Source: Bdellovibrionota bacterium
GTDB taxonomy: Bacteria; Bdellovibrionota_C; UBA2361; OMII01
Assembly (NCBI GenBank): GCA_044345405.1
Contig: JBIJBE010000026.1
Coordinates: 1 to 47,413, forward strand
Direction: 5' to 3'
DNA: 47,413 bases
Positions 9,827-19,119 of the stretch are shown piece by piece (position 1 is the stretch's first letter; the number at the start of each line of letters is the position of its first letter). A program made the position numbers and the translations under genes. Below the pieces are notes generated by a model. That model made no database searches. It was not told the DNA's origin and saw nothing but the letters and a program-made list of their open reading frames with translations.

Positions 9827-11185
9827 ATGAGCTCTGTGCCATTTCAAAAAGTTCTCGTAGCGAACCGCGGCGAGATCGCGCTTCGTATTATCCGCGCTTG
9901 TCATGAGCTCGGAATCAAAACTGTAGCTGTTCATTCAAAGGCGGATGAAGACGCTTTGCACGTAAAACTCGCTACTGAGAGCGTGTGCATTGGGCCCGCT
10001 TTAGCGAAAGAGAGCTACCTGAACATCGCGTCAATCATGTCCGCGGCGGTCGCGACTCGAGCGGACGCTATCCACCCGGGCTACGGATTCCTGAGTGAGA
10101 ACGCCGCGTTCGCTGAGATCTGCGCGAGCTGCGGAATTACGTTCATCGGACCAACTGTTCGCAGCATGCGCATCATGGGCGATAAAGCTCGCGCTCGTCG
10201 CGTGGCGGACAAGGTTGGTGTTCCAACTATCCCAGGCGACAGTAAGGGGTTGCTCGACGCCGCTGAGGCGTTGAAGGTAGCGGACAAGGCTGGCTACCCA
10301 ATCCTTCTCAAAGCGTGCGCCGGTGGCGGTGGACGCGGAATGAAGATCGTGAAGGGCCCCGAGGAATTCGTTTCTACCTTCCAAACGGCGCAACGTGAGG
10401 TTGAGGCCGCTTTCGGTGATGGTCACCTCCTTGTTGAGAAGTACCTTCCAAAGGTTCGTCACATCGAGGTTCAGGTCGCTGGAGATCTGTCGCACAACGC
10501 TATCCACCTCGGTATTCGAGATTGCTCCATTCAGCGTCGTTACCAAAAGGTTATCGAGGAGTCTCCCTCGATCGGATTGCCAGAGAGTCTTCAAATTCAG
10601 ATTCAGGACGCCGCTCTTGAGCTGATCAAGTCGGTTAACTATTCAAGCCTTGGGACAGTTGAGTTCCTCGCGGATCTTGAGGCGCAGAAGTTCTACTTTA
10701 TCGAGATGAATACTCGATTGCAGGTAGAGCACCCAGTTACTGAGATGGTTACTGATGTGGATCTCGTGAAGGAGCAGATCCGACTTGCGGCTGGCATGGA
10801 GCTTTCTTGGCAGCAGAAGGACATTAAGATAACCGGACACGCGATCGAGGCTCGTATTAACGCCGAGGATCCTCGCACGCTCATCCCATCGCCGGGACTC
10901 ATTAAGAGCTACCATCCTCCTGGAGGAAATGGAGTTCGAGTGGACTCCGCGATATACGCGGGATACTCGGTTAAGCCTTACTACGATTCGCTCATCTCGA
11001 AGTTGATTGTTCGAGACAAGGACAGAGCCTCCTGCATCAAGAAGCTGTTGGTCGCTCTCGACGAGTACCTCATCGATGGTATCTCAACGAACATCGAGCT
11101 TCACCGAAGGATCTTGTCGCACCCTGATTTCCAGAGTGGCAACTTCTCAACGAAGTTCCTCGATCAAGTTCAACTCTTCGGGTAA
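9827..11185 (+). CDS. accC: Acetyl-CoA carboxylase biotin carboxylase subunit
   Basis: KVLVANRGEIA, IHPGYGFLSEN, GGGGRGM, RDCSIQRR and EMNTRLQVEHPVTE. Confidence 0.98.
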   Translation: MSSVPFQKVLVANRGEIALRIIRACHELGIKTVAVHSKADEDALHVKLATESVCIGPALAKESYLNIASIMSAAVATRADAIHPGYGFLSENAAFAEICASCGITFIGPTVRSMRIMGDKARARRVADKVGVPTIPGDSKGLLDAAEALKVADKAGYPILLKACAGGGGRGMKIVKGPEEFVSTFQTAQREVEAAFGDGHLLVEKYLPKVRHIEVQVAGDLSHNAIHLGIRDCSIQRRYQKVIEESPSIGLPESLQIQIQDAALELIKSVNYSSLGTVEFLADLEAQKFYFIEMNTRLQVEHPVTEMVTDVDLVKEQIRLAAGMELSWQQKDIKITGHAIEARINAEDPRTLIPSPGLIKSYHPPGGNGVRVDSAIYAGYSVKPYYDSLISKLIVRDKDRASCIKKLLVALDEYLIDGISTNIELHRRILSHPDFQSGNFSTKFLDQVQLFG

Positions 11186-11188
11186 ACC

Positions 11189-12229
11189 GTGAACACTATG
11201 CAGAGAGCTCGCTCGTCTCGTCCCTTCCTCGTTAGTCGGTTGTTGGTCGCGATGGGGGCTCTTCTTGTTGGAACTTCCTGCGCTCGCGAGGTTGTCGCTG
11301 AGACTCGTCCGGTTATCTCCCTTGCCTCGAATTCCTATGATTTCGGAACGGTGGCGCAGGGAACAAAGGTAACGCATGAGTTTGAGGTCAGGAACACCGG
11401 AACCGCGGATCTCGTTATTCAGCGATTGTCCCCCTCGTGCGGATGCACGGCCACGCAGTTAGCTTCGCCGATTATCAAACCGGGAGGCTCTGAGAAGGTG
11501 CGGGTAACCTTCGACACGAGTGGTTTCATGGGGGATAAGACTAAGAGCGTTGTTATCGCTAGTAACGACGCAAGTAATCCAGAGCTTGTGGTAACCATCA
11601 AAGGCCAGGTGCTCTCCAGCTTCACGGTAGAGCCGGCTCGTGTTGATTTCGGGGAGATCCTGCCGTCCTCACCGCTCGCCGCTCGGCAAAAGCAGGTTAC
11701 CTTTTCTGTGGCTGAGGGAAGTGATCTGACCATTTCCAAGGTTACAAGCCTTTCTAAACATCTCGTGGCGTCACCAGTTTCGGCGCAGGGCAATCGCGCG
11801 ACCGTTACGATAGAGATCCTTCCAACTGTCCCGCTCGGCGAGTTCCGAGATCGGGTTGTCTTTGAGCTCGATGGAGGGCGCCGAGCGTCTGTGAACGTTC
11901 CGGTCAACGCTTCCGTGCAGGGCGATCTGCGCCTCAATCCATCTACCATTTCTTTTGGCGTGCTGGGAGGAGATGCCCCACTTGAACGACGAATTCAATT
12001 TGAAAATAAGGGGCGAGATCCCGTCTCCATCCAATCGATCACGACCTCAAATGCCGCGATATCCGCGTCGATGGTCAACGTGCAACCCGGGCGCCTTGGG
12101 GTGTTGGTTGTTAAGGTAGATCCCCGTCGAGTTTCGGGGGACCTCAAGGAGACGGTAGAGTTGAAGACTAGTCATCCAACCCAGTCCTCCCTCTCCGTAA
12201 ACGTATTCGGCGTGCTGCCCCCAAAATAG
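11189..12229 (+). CDS. DUF1573 domain protein (tandem Ig-like domains), probably exported or a lipoprotein
   Basis: YDFGTV...FEVRNTGTADLVI...PSCGCT...IKPG DUF1573 signature; possible GTS-C lipobox; two further xxFG repeats. Confidence 0.85.
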   Translation: MNTMQRARSSRPFLVSRLLVAMGALLVGTSCAREVVAETRPVISLASNSYDFGTVAQGTKVTHEFEVRNTGTADLVIQRLSPSCGCTATQLASPIIKPGGSEKVRVTFDTSGFMGDKTKSVVIASNDASNPELVVTIKGQVLSSFTVEPARVDFGEILPSSPLAARQKQVTFSVAEGSDLTISKVTSLSKHLVASPVSAQGNRATVTIEILPTVPLGEFRDRVVFELDGGRRASVNVPVNASVQGDLRLNPSTISFGVLGGDAPLERRIQFENKGRDPVSIQSITTSNAAISASMVNVQPGRLGVLVVKVDPRRVSGDLKETVELKTSHPTQSSLSVNVFGVLPPK

Positions 12230-12266
12230 CTTGACCGAAGCTGTCCTATTGAGTCTAAGAGAGTTT

Positions 12267-14006
12267 ATGACTCTCGCCGTCATCTCTCGTTTTCGGATGA
12301 TATCCGGTTATTGTGCCGCTCGAACTGTAGCGGTGTGCGCGAGCCTTTCACTTCTTTGCTTCACGGCTATTCAAGAGAGCTGCGCGGAGAGCGTGGAGTA
12401 TGTGGGGAGGAATTTTAAAGTCGATAGTCTCAAAGACGTTGACGGACAAAACGTCACTCTCGAAGTGGATGGTGAGCCTCTTCTCGCCTCACGAGCGGGT
12501 GTCGGAAGATCCGTTTTTAAAATATACGCTCAGAAACCGGCGCTCCTGCTCCGAGATGGGAGTTTTCAAGGATATGGCGCATGGCTTGGAACCCTTCCGT
12601 CGAAGGGTGATGAAGAGGGCGCGGCACTCGCGGTGGAGCGGGTGGTTCTCACCCCTGAGATCGAACTTCCGCGAAAATTAGGCTTCTACGGGGAGCTCGT
12701 GGCGAACGGTGACGGAGAGAGAGCGCTCTTCAGGGTTGTTTCCTCAATCGATAGGGGGGAGAGGGCCGCCTGCGGCGCGCTGGCTTTTGTAACACCGGAA
12801 CATCGACTTGCGCTCAAGAACGGTCGACAAGCTTGGCTCGCCACGACCTGTCCTCAAGTTCTAGTTGAGATGGCGCAGTGGTTGATGATGAATCGGGACC
12901 GCGGGGCGGGGATCGCGATGTTACGCGCGGCGACGGTCTTCGCGGGTGATGGAAATGTCGGTGACGCCGCTCGTACTTCATTGGAACGACTTCACGCGCT
13001 CGAGACGGCGATTGGCTCTCAAGACCCCGCACAGCTTGACTCAGCGTTTCAGGTCGCGAGTTTTGACGCGCTTTTGAGCCCGTATTTCGAAAGGGCTCGC
13101 CCAGAGTTGATTACTGAGTTTAGCTCGCGAGCGCTTCGCGAAGGGCAGTCGACGCGCGCGTTGCGGGGACTCGCGCTGCTCGACTTCTCCGTTCGAAACG
13201 ACGCGCACCATGAATTGCTTTCGAAGGCGCTCAGTCAGGTCACGTATGCGGAGCGTGATATTGTGCTGGATCGTGGTGTGCGGGCTTTGATTCGGTCGTA
13301 CGCGACGAAGGACGAGGTGGTGAAGCGGCAGGCCGTTACCTCGTTGGAGGAGTGGATTCAGCTCGCGGTCTATGACAACAACCCTGGTGATGCTTCGCGT
13401 CTTTTTGACCTTCTCAAGGAACTTAGATTGGACCCATCTGTTGAGAACGATGCTACGCGTGGCGTGATCGCCGAAGCTTTCGTCGACAACGGTGACGAAC
13501 GTTCCGCGGACGCGGTGCTGAGAGGGCTTCGCACAGAGCTTCCGTGGATCTATCGATTCCGTTTGCTACTCAAGCGAGATATCTACATGTTGATCATGGT
13601 CTCACTCGGTGGGGTCGTCATCGCGCGATGGACGATTATGTTCATCGGTGTCATGAGGAAGAGGAACGTCGCGAGGCGGATCGCTCAGGCGGCGGAGCGA
13701 CGAGCCGCTGAGGCCGCGGAGCGGGAGCGGTATCATTCGCAATTCGCGGAGGAGTCTTTGCGAGCTGATGGCTTCATGGATGTTGATGAGTACGCGGCGG
13801 GTCTGAAGAAATTTCATCTTCACCCGACAGCATCATTAGCTGATATTAAGAACGCCTATCGCCACGTCGTAAAGACGCTTCACCCTGATATCAATCCCCG
13901 GGCCACCAAAGAGGACACCGACACCTTTATCGATCTTACAAAGACCTACGAGCGACTCCTTGTACTACACGCAGAGCGGGAGCAGCGAGCGAACTCGTCG
14001 AGGTGA
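12267..14006 (+). CDS. Membrane protein with C-terminal DnaJ (J) domain
   Basis: C-terminal ASLADIKNAYRHVVKTLHPD...FIDLTKTYERL; hydrophobic IYMLIMVSLGGVVIARWTIMFIGV; N-terminal signal-like segment. Start codon uncertain (12231 or 12267). Confidence 0.8.
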   Translation: MTLAVISRFRMISGYCAARTVAVCASLSLLCFTAIQESCAESVEYVGRNFKVDSLKDVDGQNVTLEVDGEPLLASRAGVGRSVFKIYAQKPALLLRDGSFQGYGAWLGTLPSKGDEEGAALAVERVVLTPEIELPRKLGFYGELVANGDGERALFRVVSSIDRGERAACGALAFVTPEHRLALKNGRQAWLATTCPQVLVEMAQWLMMNRDRGAGIAMLRAATVFAGDGNVGDAARTSLERLHALETAIGSQDPAQLDSAFQVASFDALLSPYFERARPELITEFSSRALREGQSTRALRGLALLDFSVRNDAHHELLSKALSQVTYAERDIVLDRGVRALIRSYATKDEVVKRQAVTSLEEWIQLAVYDNNPGDASRLFDLLKELRLDPSVENDATRGVIAEAFVDNGDERSADAVLRGLRTELPWIYRFRLLLKRDIYMLIMVSLGGVVIARWTIMFIGVMRKRNVARRIAQAAERRAAEAAERERYHSQFAEESLRADGFMDVDEYAAGLKKFHLHPTASLADIKNAYRHVVKTLHPDINPRATKEDTDTFIDLTKTYERLLVLHAEREQRANSSR

Positions 14007-14403
14007 GTGAGCTTGATGCTCGATGGATTCGTCGTGCGTGAGATGAGACACCGATGGCGGAAGTTGAATGCATGGAGCGTCGAACGGGAGGGCGCCGGTC
14101 GCGCCAACTTCGTGTCATCGGATGCCCGCGAGGTATTGTTGGTGTGATGGGAGACTGGCGCATGACGCGTGATCCGACGCGGTGTCGCTCCTCGGGGGAG
14201 AGCTCCTGGTAGCGCGCGCCTGATGTGAGTCGGTGCGTGAGGTCAGAGCGTTCAGGGACTCGTCCTTGAAACAGCTTCACGAGAGCGGCATGGAGCGGGG
14301 ACGTTGGGTTAAGGTATTCGTTTGCGACGACGAGGGCCCACCATGGATTGCCATGACAGAGCTCGCGCGAGATGGTTTTCAGGATGGGCTGGGTTAGTTT
14401 CAT
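13936..14403 (-). CDS. Hypothetical protein
   Basis: ATG lies at the predicted start of a sigma54-like promoter and the N-terminal half looks protein-like. The C-terminus overlaps the convergent gene, which lowers confidence. Confidence 0.45.
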   Translation of the reverse strand: MKLTQPILKTISRELCHGNPWWALVVANEYLNPTSPLHAALVKLFQGRVPERSDLTHRLTSGARYQELSPEERHRVGSRVMRQSPITPTIPRGHPMTRSWRDRRPPVRRSMHSTSAIGVSSHARRIHRASSSLTSTSSLAAPALRVVQGVARRSL

Positions 14404-14414
14404 GCCCCGAACTG

Positions 14415-14457
14415 AGCATCTGCCATGCCAATGCGCTTGGGCTGTAAGTGTTTGTAA
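14415..14457 (-). promoter_or_regulatory. sigma54-type -24/-12 promoter with adjacent IHF-like site
   Basis: Minus strand reads TTGGCATGGCAGATGCT (GG-N10-GC, 14431-14415). TAAGTGTTTGTAA (14445-14457) resembles the IHF consensus YAANNNNTTGATW. Confidence 0.5.
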
Positions 14458-14596
14458 TTAAAGAGGATGTTTGTTGTGTCCTGAGGCAGAGTTCGCCATC
14501 CCCTGGTGTGGAGTGCTACAGGGTCCACTCTCGGATCTCACGGGTGCATGCGTCTCATAGTGCTCTGAGTTTATTGCCAATTAAGCCCCACTTTCG

Positions 14597-14626
14597 ATGA
14601 CAGAGGGGGCGCTTCATGCGTATAAT
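14597..14626 (+). promoter_or_regulatory. sigma70 promoter of ffs
   Basis: ATGACA-N18-TATAAT, 6 nt before the SRP RNA stem. Confidence 0.65.
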
Positions 14627-14632
14627 CCCACC

Positions 14633-14727
14633 CGACGATCGGAGCGCGCGAGAGAGTGTACGAACCCGGCCAGGATCGGAAGATAGCAACCGCACTACAT
14701 GTATCTGTGATGTGTCTTCGGTCGTCG
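14633..14727 (+). ncRNA. ffs: Signal recognition particle RNA (small bacterial 4.5S type)
   Basis: GAACCCGGCCAGG-AUC-GGAA-GAU-AGCAAC helix-8 motif; the 5' end CGACGATCGGAG pairs with the 3' end CTTCGGTCGTCG; conserved position upstream of dnaX. Confidence 0.92.
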
Positions 14728-14848
14728 TTTGTAAAACCAGTTGTTCCAAAATAATCCCATCTTCATAGCTGGTTGCGCAAAGTTCTTGATGCGCATTCGT
14801 ACAAGACTGAGTATCGTATAGAAGCTTGTTTGTTTTTGGAAAACGAGA

Positions 14849-16558
14849 GTGTCCTACCTAGTCCTTGCCAGAAAATATCGCCCCTCGGTTTTTAGTTCTG
14901 TCAGTGGACAGGAGCACGTGACGCGCACCCTCGCGAACGCGCTCAAGCGGGATAAGGTTGTTCACGCCTATCTCTTCACGGGTCCGAGAGGAGTAGGAAA
15001 GACCTCGGTATCGCGAATCCTCTCCAAGGCGATTAACTGCCAAAATCCTCAAGACGCTGAACCGTGCCTTGAGTGCCCCACCTGTCTTGAGATCGGCGCG
15101 GGGACGAGCCTCGCGGTTCGAGAGATCGACGGAGCTTCGCACAACAGCGTCGAGAACGTGCGCGATCTGATGGATTCCTTTAAATCGCTCCCACCTCCCG
15201 GTTACAAGCGAAAGATCTACATTATCGACGAGGTGCACATGTTAAGCATCTCGGCGTTTAACGCGCTTTTGAAGAGCTTAGAGGAGCCTCCTCCCCATAC
15301 CGTTTTTATCCTCGCGACGACTGACGTTCACAAGATTCCAGAGACCGTCATATCGCGTTGTCAGCGCCACGATTTTAGAGCGCTGAGCATGGCGACGATT
15401 GAGGCGCGATTACGCGAGGTGTGTGAAGCCGAGAAGATCGAGGCTGATTCAGAGTCTCTCAAATTAGTCGCCCGCATGGCCGATGGATCGATGCGTGACG
15501 CGCAGACCTTGTTGGATAGAGTTCAGAGTTTTTGTCAGGGCGCCATCACCGCTACAGAGACGAGTCGCGCGCTTGGTACCGTTGATCAGCGCATCCTGTT
15601 TGAGCTGGCGCAGGCGATCGTCGCGCGGGACACGGCGACTGTTCTCGGAAAAGCCACTGAGATCTTCGCTACAGGTATCGATCCTTCAACGCTCCTTCGA
15701 GAGTTCGTCCACTTCTGGCGCGAAGTGTTCGTCGCTAAGTTGGGTGGTGAGAACGCGCTCGTTGGATTGGGCTTGAGTAAGGACGCGAGCGTTGAGTTGC
15801 TCCGTCTCGTTTCCTCGCTTGAGGCTACCGATGTTCAAGATCTGTGGGATGTCGCTCGCGATGGGGCCGATAGAGCGCTTCGTTCGGCGCATCCTCGATA
15901 TGGGTTTGAGGCGCTCGTCGCTCGAATGGCGACACGACAGCCAGTGGCTGAGGTCGGCGCGATTATCGGTCGTCTTATGGGAGGTGGTGAGGGCCGCAAG
16001 GCTGGATCTCCAGACTCTCCGCGTGGCGGGGGGGCAAGCGCTTCCGCTCAAACAGCGCCGCCGCGTAGCCCCGCAGCTCCTCAAGCGGCTGTTACCGCCC
16101 CATCGTCAGTGGCGTCGACACGTGGGCTCGTCTCGGCTCCGACAGCGGGCGGAACGATCGCCGGGAGCGCTGGCTTCGCGTGGGAAGATATCGTCGCGTT
16201 CGCCTCGGCTACCACCGGGCGAGTTCTTGTGGAGAACTTAAAGCGGCTTCGACCGACTCGGTGTGAGGTTGGTGTGTTTGAGGCAGTGGGACCTGAGTTC
16301 ACCGCTACGAGCTTGATGCGGGAGAAGGATAAAGTCATTGATATCTTCAATCAGTATCTTGATACGCAAGGAACGGAGCGTCCTCGAGCTTGGAAGATCG
16401 TGATCCAAAAAGGGCAGGGAGCCGTCGAGGTTTCGGTGGCCGAGAAAGCTCAGGCTAAGGCGCACGGGGAGCGCGAGCTTCATGGTCATCCAGCGGTGCA
16501 AAGTTTGCAGAAGATATTTCCTGGCAGTAAGGTCGAACAGGTCAGGGGCAAAGAGTAA
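14849..16558 (+). CDS. dnaX: DNA polymerase III subunit gamma/tau
   Basis: YLVLARKYRP, GPRGVGKTS, EIDGAS, IIDEVHML, ISRCQ and GSMRDA. Confidence 0.98.
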   Translation: MSYLVLARKYRPSVFSSVSGQEHVTRTLANALKRDKVVHAYLFTGPRGVGKTSVSRILSKAINCQNPQDAEPCLECPTCLEIGAGTSLAVREIDGASHNSVENVRDLMDSFKSLPPPGYKRKIYIIDEVHMLSISAFNALLKSLEEPPPHTVFILATTDVHKIPETVISRCQRHDFRALSMATIEARLREVCEAEKIEADSESLKLVARMADGSMRDAQTLLDRVQSFCQGAITATETSRALGTVDQRILFELAQAIVARDTATVLGKATEIFATGIDPSTLLREFVHFWREVFVAKLGGENALVGLGLSKDASVELLRLVSSLEATDVQDLWDVARDGADRALRSAHPRYGFEALVARMATRQPVAEVGAIIGRLMGGGEGRKAGSPDSPRGGGASASAQTAPPRSPAAPQAAVTAPSSVASTRGLVSAPTAGGTIAGSAGFAWEDIVAFASATTGRVLVENLKRLRPTRCEVGVFEAVGPEFTATSLMREKDKVIDIFNQYLDTQGTERPRAWKIVIQKGQGAVEVSVAEKAQAKAHGERELHGHPAVQSLQKIFPGSKVEQVRGKE

Positions 16559-16587
16559 TTTCATTCGTAAACGTGGAGATTAGTGGT

Positions 16588-16926
16588 ATGGCGAAGGGCT
16601 TTGGTGGCTTTCCTGGTGGCGGTAATATGCAGGCGCTTCTTCAGCAGGCGCAGAAGATGCAGCGAGACATGCAGGTCGCGCAGGCTCAAGCAGAGGCTTT
16701 CGAGGCGGAAGGCTCAGTCGGTGGCGGCGCTGTAAAGATTAAAGTTAACGGGAAGTACGAGGTACTTGCTGTTGAGATTAAGCCTGAAGCCGTCGATCCT
16801 TCGAGCGTTGATCTCCTTCAAGATATGATTAAATCGGCGGCTAATGAGGCGATCGCGAGGATTCGTAGCAATACGGACGCCGCGCTCTCGAAGGTTACCG
16901 GCGGGATGAGCGTCCCAGGTTTGTAA
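16588..16926 (+). CDS. ybaB: YbaB/EbfC nucleoid-associated protein
   Basis: NMQALLQQAQKMQ...GGGAVKIKVNG...LLQDMI; dnaX-ybaB-recR synteny. Confidence 0.95.
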   Translation: MAKGFGGFPGGGNMQALLQQAQKMQRDMQVAQAQAEAFEAEGSVGGGAVKIKVNGKYEVLAVEIKPEAVDPSSVDLLQDMIKSAANEAIARIRSNTDAALSKVTGGMSVPGL

Positions 16927-16938
16927 TACGAGGGAACG

Positions 16939-17544
16939 ATGCTTGTATTTCCTCCAGCTCTGCAGCGTTTGATTAAGGAGCTCTCGAAGCTTCCGTCGGT
17001 CGGTGAGAAGACCGCGACACGTTTGGCGTATCACTTAATCGCGAACGACCGAGACCTCGCGCGTTCTCTTGGAGCGGCGTTGCAACAAGCGGCGCACGAT
17101 GTGCGGTTGTGCGAACGATGCTTCTTCCTTAGTGAGGAGGCTCTCTGTTCTCTCTGTCGCAATACATCTCGGGACCCATCAGTATTGTGTGTTGTAGAGA
17201 AGCCGGTTGACCTCGTCGCTATTGAGCGAGGAGGGGAATTTAAGGGGCTGTATCATATCCTTCACGGTCTCTGGGCCCCTCTGCGAGGGCAGGGGCCTGA
17301 TAGCATGAAGCTCAAGGAGCTCATGGGCCGGGTTCGAGACGGCTCGGTGTCAGAGGTCATCTTGGCCACGAGCGCCACGGTCGAGGGCGACGCGACCGCG
17401 CTCTATATCGGCCGTATGTTGGCGGATTTGGGTATAAAAACGACCCGCCCTGCCCAGGGCATACCTAAGGGCGGAGAGCTGGAATACGCTGATGATGTTA
17501 CCCTTTCTCGGGCTTTCGCGGCGCGAAACACCTTGCAGTTTTAG
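16939..17544 (+). CDS. recR: Recombination mediator RecR
   Basis: LPSVGEKTATRLA, C4 zinc finger, LCVVE, ATSATVEGDATA and GGELEYAD. Confidence 0.98.
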   Translation: MLVFPPALQRLIKELSKLPSVGEKTATRLAYHLIANDRDLARSLGAALQQAAHDVRLCERCFFLSEEALCSLCRNTSRDPSVLCVVEKPVDLVAIERGGEFKGLYHILHGLWAPLRGQGPDSMKLKELMGRVRDGSVSEVILATSATVEGDATALYIGRMLADLGIKTTRPAQGIPKGGELEYADDVTLSRAFAARNTLQF

Positions 17545-17642
17545 TGAGTTTTTTCAGCTGGTTTTGGCGACGTTTCTCTCAAAAGATGGGCTTGGGTATC
17601 TTGACTTTCACGCCCTTTGAGCGATTATAGGCCGGTCAATTT

Positions 17643-17718
17643 TCCCCGGTAGCTCAGTTGGTAGAGCAGGCGGCTGTTAACCGCCTTGTCGGGGGTTCGA
17701 GTCCCTCCCGGGGAGCCA
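17643..17718 (+). tRNA. tRNA-Asn(GTT)
   Basis: 76-nt cloverleaf: TCCCCGG/CCGGGGA acceptor stem, AGCTCAGTTGGTAGAGC D-arm, GGCGG-CTGTTAA-CCGCC anticodon arm, GGTTCGAGTCC T-arm and encoded CCA. TTGACT -35 at 17601. Confidence 0.99.
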
Positions 17719-17754
17719 TTTGTCCGATTCGGACCGATAGGCTCCTCTTTTTTT
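17712..17754 (+). terminator. Probable intrinsic terminator after tRNA-Asn
   Basis: GGAGCC...GTCCG-ATT-CGGAC...GGCTCC stem followed by TCTTTTTTT. Confidence 0.5.
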
Positions 17755-17828
17755 GCCTGACGATCAGACGAATTTTGTAGCGCGTGACACGGCGGTCGGG
17801 GACGGTCGCCGTGACGCGAACGCCCATC

Positions 17829-18110
17829 CTAATTCAACTTATTCAGCATCTTCTTTAACGCTGAATTTCGCTTATGGAAGAGAGCGACCTGCTCCTTCAT
17901 TTGCGCTTGGGTCAGAAGCTCCAGGCGCGCCTCTGAGGTTGTGTGCTCAAGCTCTTCGGCTTGCTCGACGAGCTCTTGAAGGATCGAGAGTGGATTAGTC
18001 GATGTCGAGATGTACGGCGTGTCTTCGGTGGAATACGGGTCTCTCGTAATCTCTACCTCGATCTGTCCGGCTAACCCGGAGCGTTTGCGATCGCGATTAT
18101 CTGACGACAT
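17829..18110 (-). CDS. Small hypothetical coiled-coil protein (93 aa)
   Basis: GGGAGG RBS just upstream of the ATG at 18110; helical acidic/basic C-terminus. Confidence 0.65.
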   Translation of the reverse strand: MSSDNRDRKRSGLAGQIEVEITRDPYSTEDTPYISTSTNPLSILQELVEQAEELEHTTSEARLELLTQAQMKEQVALFHKRNSALKKMLNKLN

Positions 18111-18383
18111 GTAGCCTCCCAAATGAACACCGGGACCCGTGGTGGCGCCCTCGACACTTCTCTGCCTAGGCCAAGTTGCAAGATCCGTTCTCATTGAAAT
18201 CCATACCATGTGCAGCGTTCTTGGCTTGTAAAAATAGGGGGTTAGGTGCTCGGTTCGCGGGCTCTGCCCAGCAATTCTTTCCTCCGCTGTATCGAACCCA
18301 TCAAATCACTCTATGGGGATGGATGGCAGAAATTGCCTATCTCAGGCATCGTAGGGAGTACGGTTAGTGAACGAGCTCGTTGT

Positions 18384-19079
18384 ATGGATGCTGAATTTTT
18401 TGCCCTTGCCCTCATTTGGTACGTCGCTTTTTTGTTTAGCACCGTATGCCATGAGGCTGCGCACGCTTTGGTAGCGAAGTGGGGAGGGGACCTTACGGCC
18501 TACGCCGGTGGGCACGTCACACTTGATCCTCTTCCGCATATCAAACGAGAGCCGTTCGGTTTAGTGATAATTCCGTGGCTGTGTTTAATCGCCTCTCACG
18601 GAACGAGTTTGTTTGGATGGGGAAGCGCTCCTTTCGATCCGTACTGGCAGATTCGGTATCCAAAGCGCGCCGCCTTGATGGCGCTCGCGGGACCAGTAAG
18701 CAATTTTCTGATCGCGCTCATCGCGGCTGTCATTATGCATATCGGCATCGCGTATGGAGTATTTAACCTTACCTTCTCTCCCGTGATAGGATCGACCGCA
18801 GGGGGACTCTTTGATGGTGCGGCGATGTTCCTGAGCGTCTTGTTTATCCTCAACATTATTCTCGGCGTCTTTAACTTGTTGCCGATCCCCCCCTTAGATG
18901 GATATTCGGTGTTGGGGCTGTTTGTGCCGGAACAGGCGTTCTTAAATATGCTGAGCTTCGCTAGAAGTTCAGGATTCTCTATTGTAGGAATTATTTTAGC
19001 CTACCAATTTTTCCCTCATCTTGTTCGTCCGGTCCTCGGCTGGGCGATGTATCTCTTTATGCTCCCACTGGTGCCGTAA
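18384..19079 (+). CDS. Site-2 protease family (peptidase M50) intramembrane metalloprotease
   Basis: HEAAH, ALAGPVSN and FNLLPIPPLDG motifs in TM context. Confidence 0.95.
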   Translation: MDAEFFALALIWYVAFLFSTVCHEAAHALVAKWGGDLTAYAGGHVTLDPLPHIKREPFGLVIIPWLCLIASHGTSLFGWGSAPFDPYWQIRYPKRAALMALAGPVSNFLIALIAAVIMHIGIAYGVFNLTFSPVIGSTAGGLFDGAAMFLSVLFILNIILGVFNLLPIPPLDGYSVLGLFVPEQAFLNMLSFARSSGFSIVGIILAYQFFPHLVRPVLGWAMYLFMLPLVP

Positions 19080-19119
19080 GGATTGGGCCCGAATGCCCTC
19101 CTGGTTAAAGGGAGAGCGC

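Noticed and set aside
16400-16420. dnaX programmed -1 frameshift site (CAAAAAGGG)
   Set aside because: Only five As rather than A-AAA-AAG, close to the C-terminus, and with no clear stimulatory hairpin.
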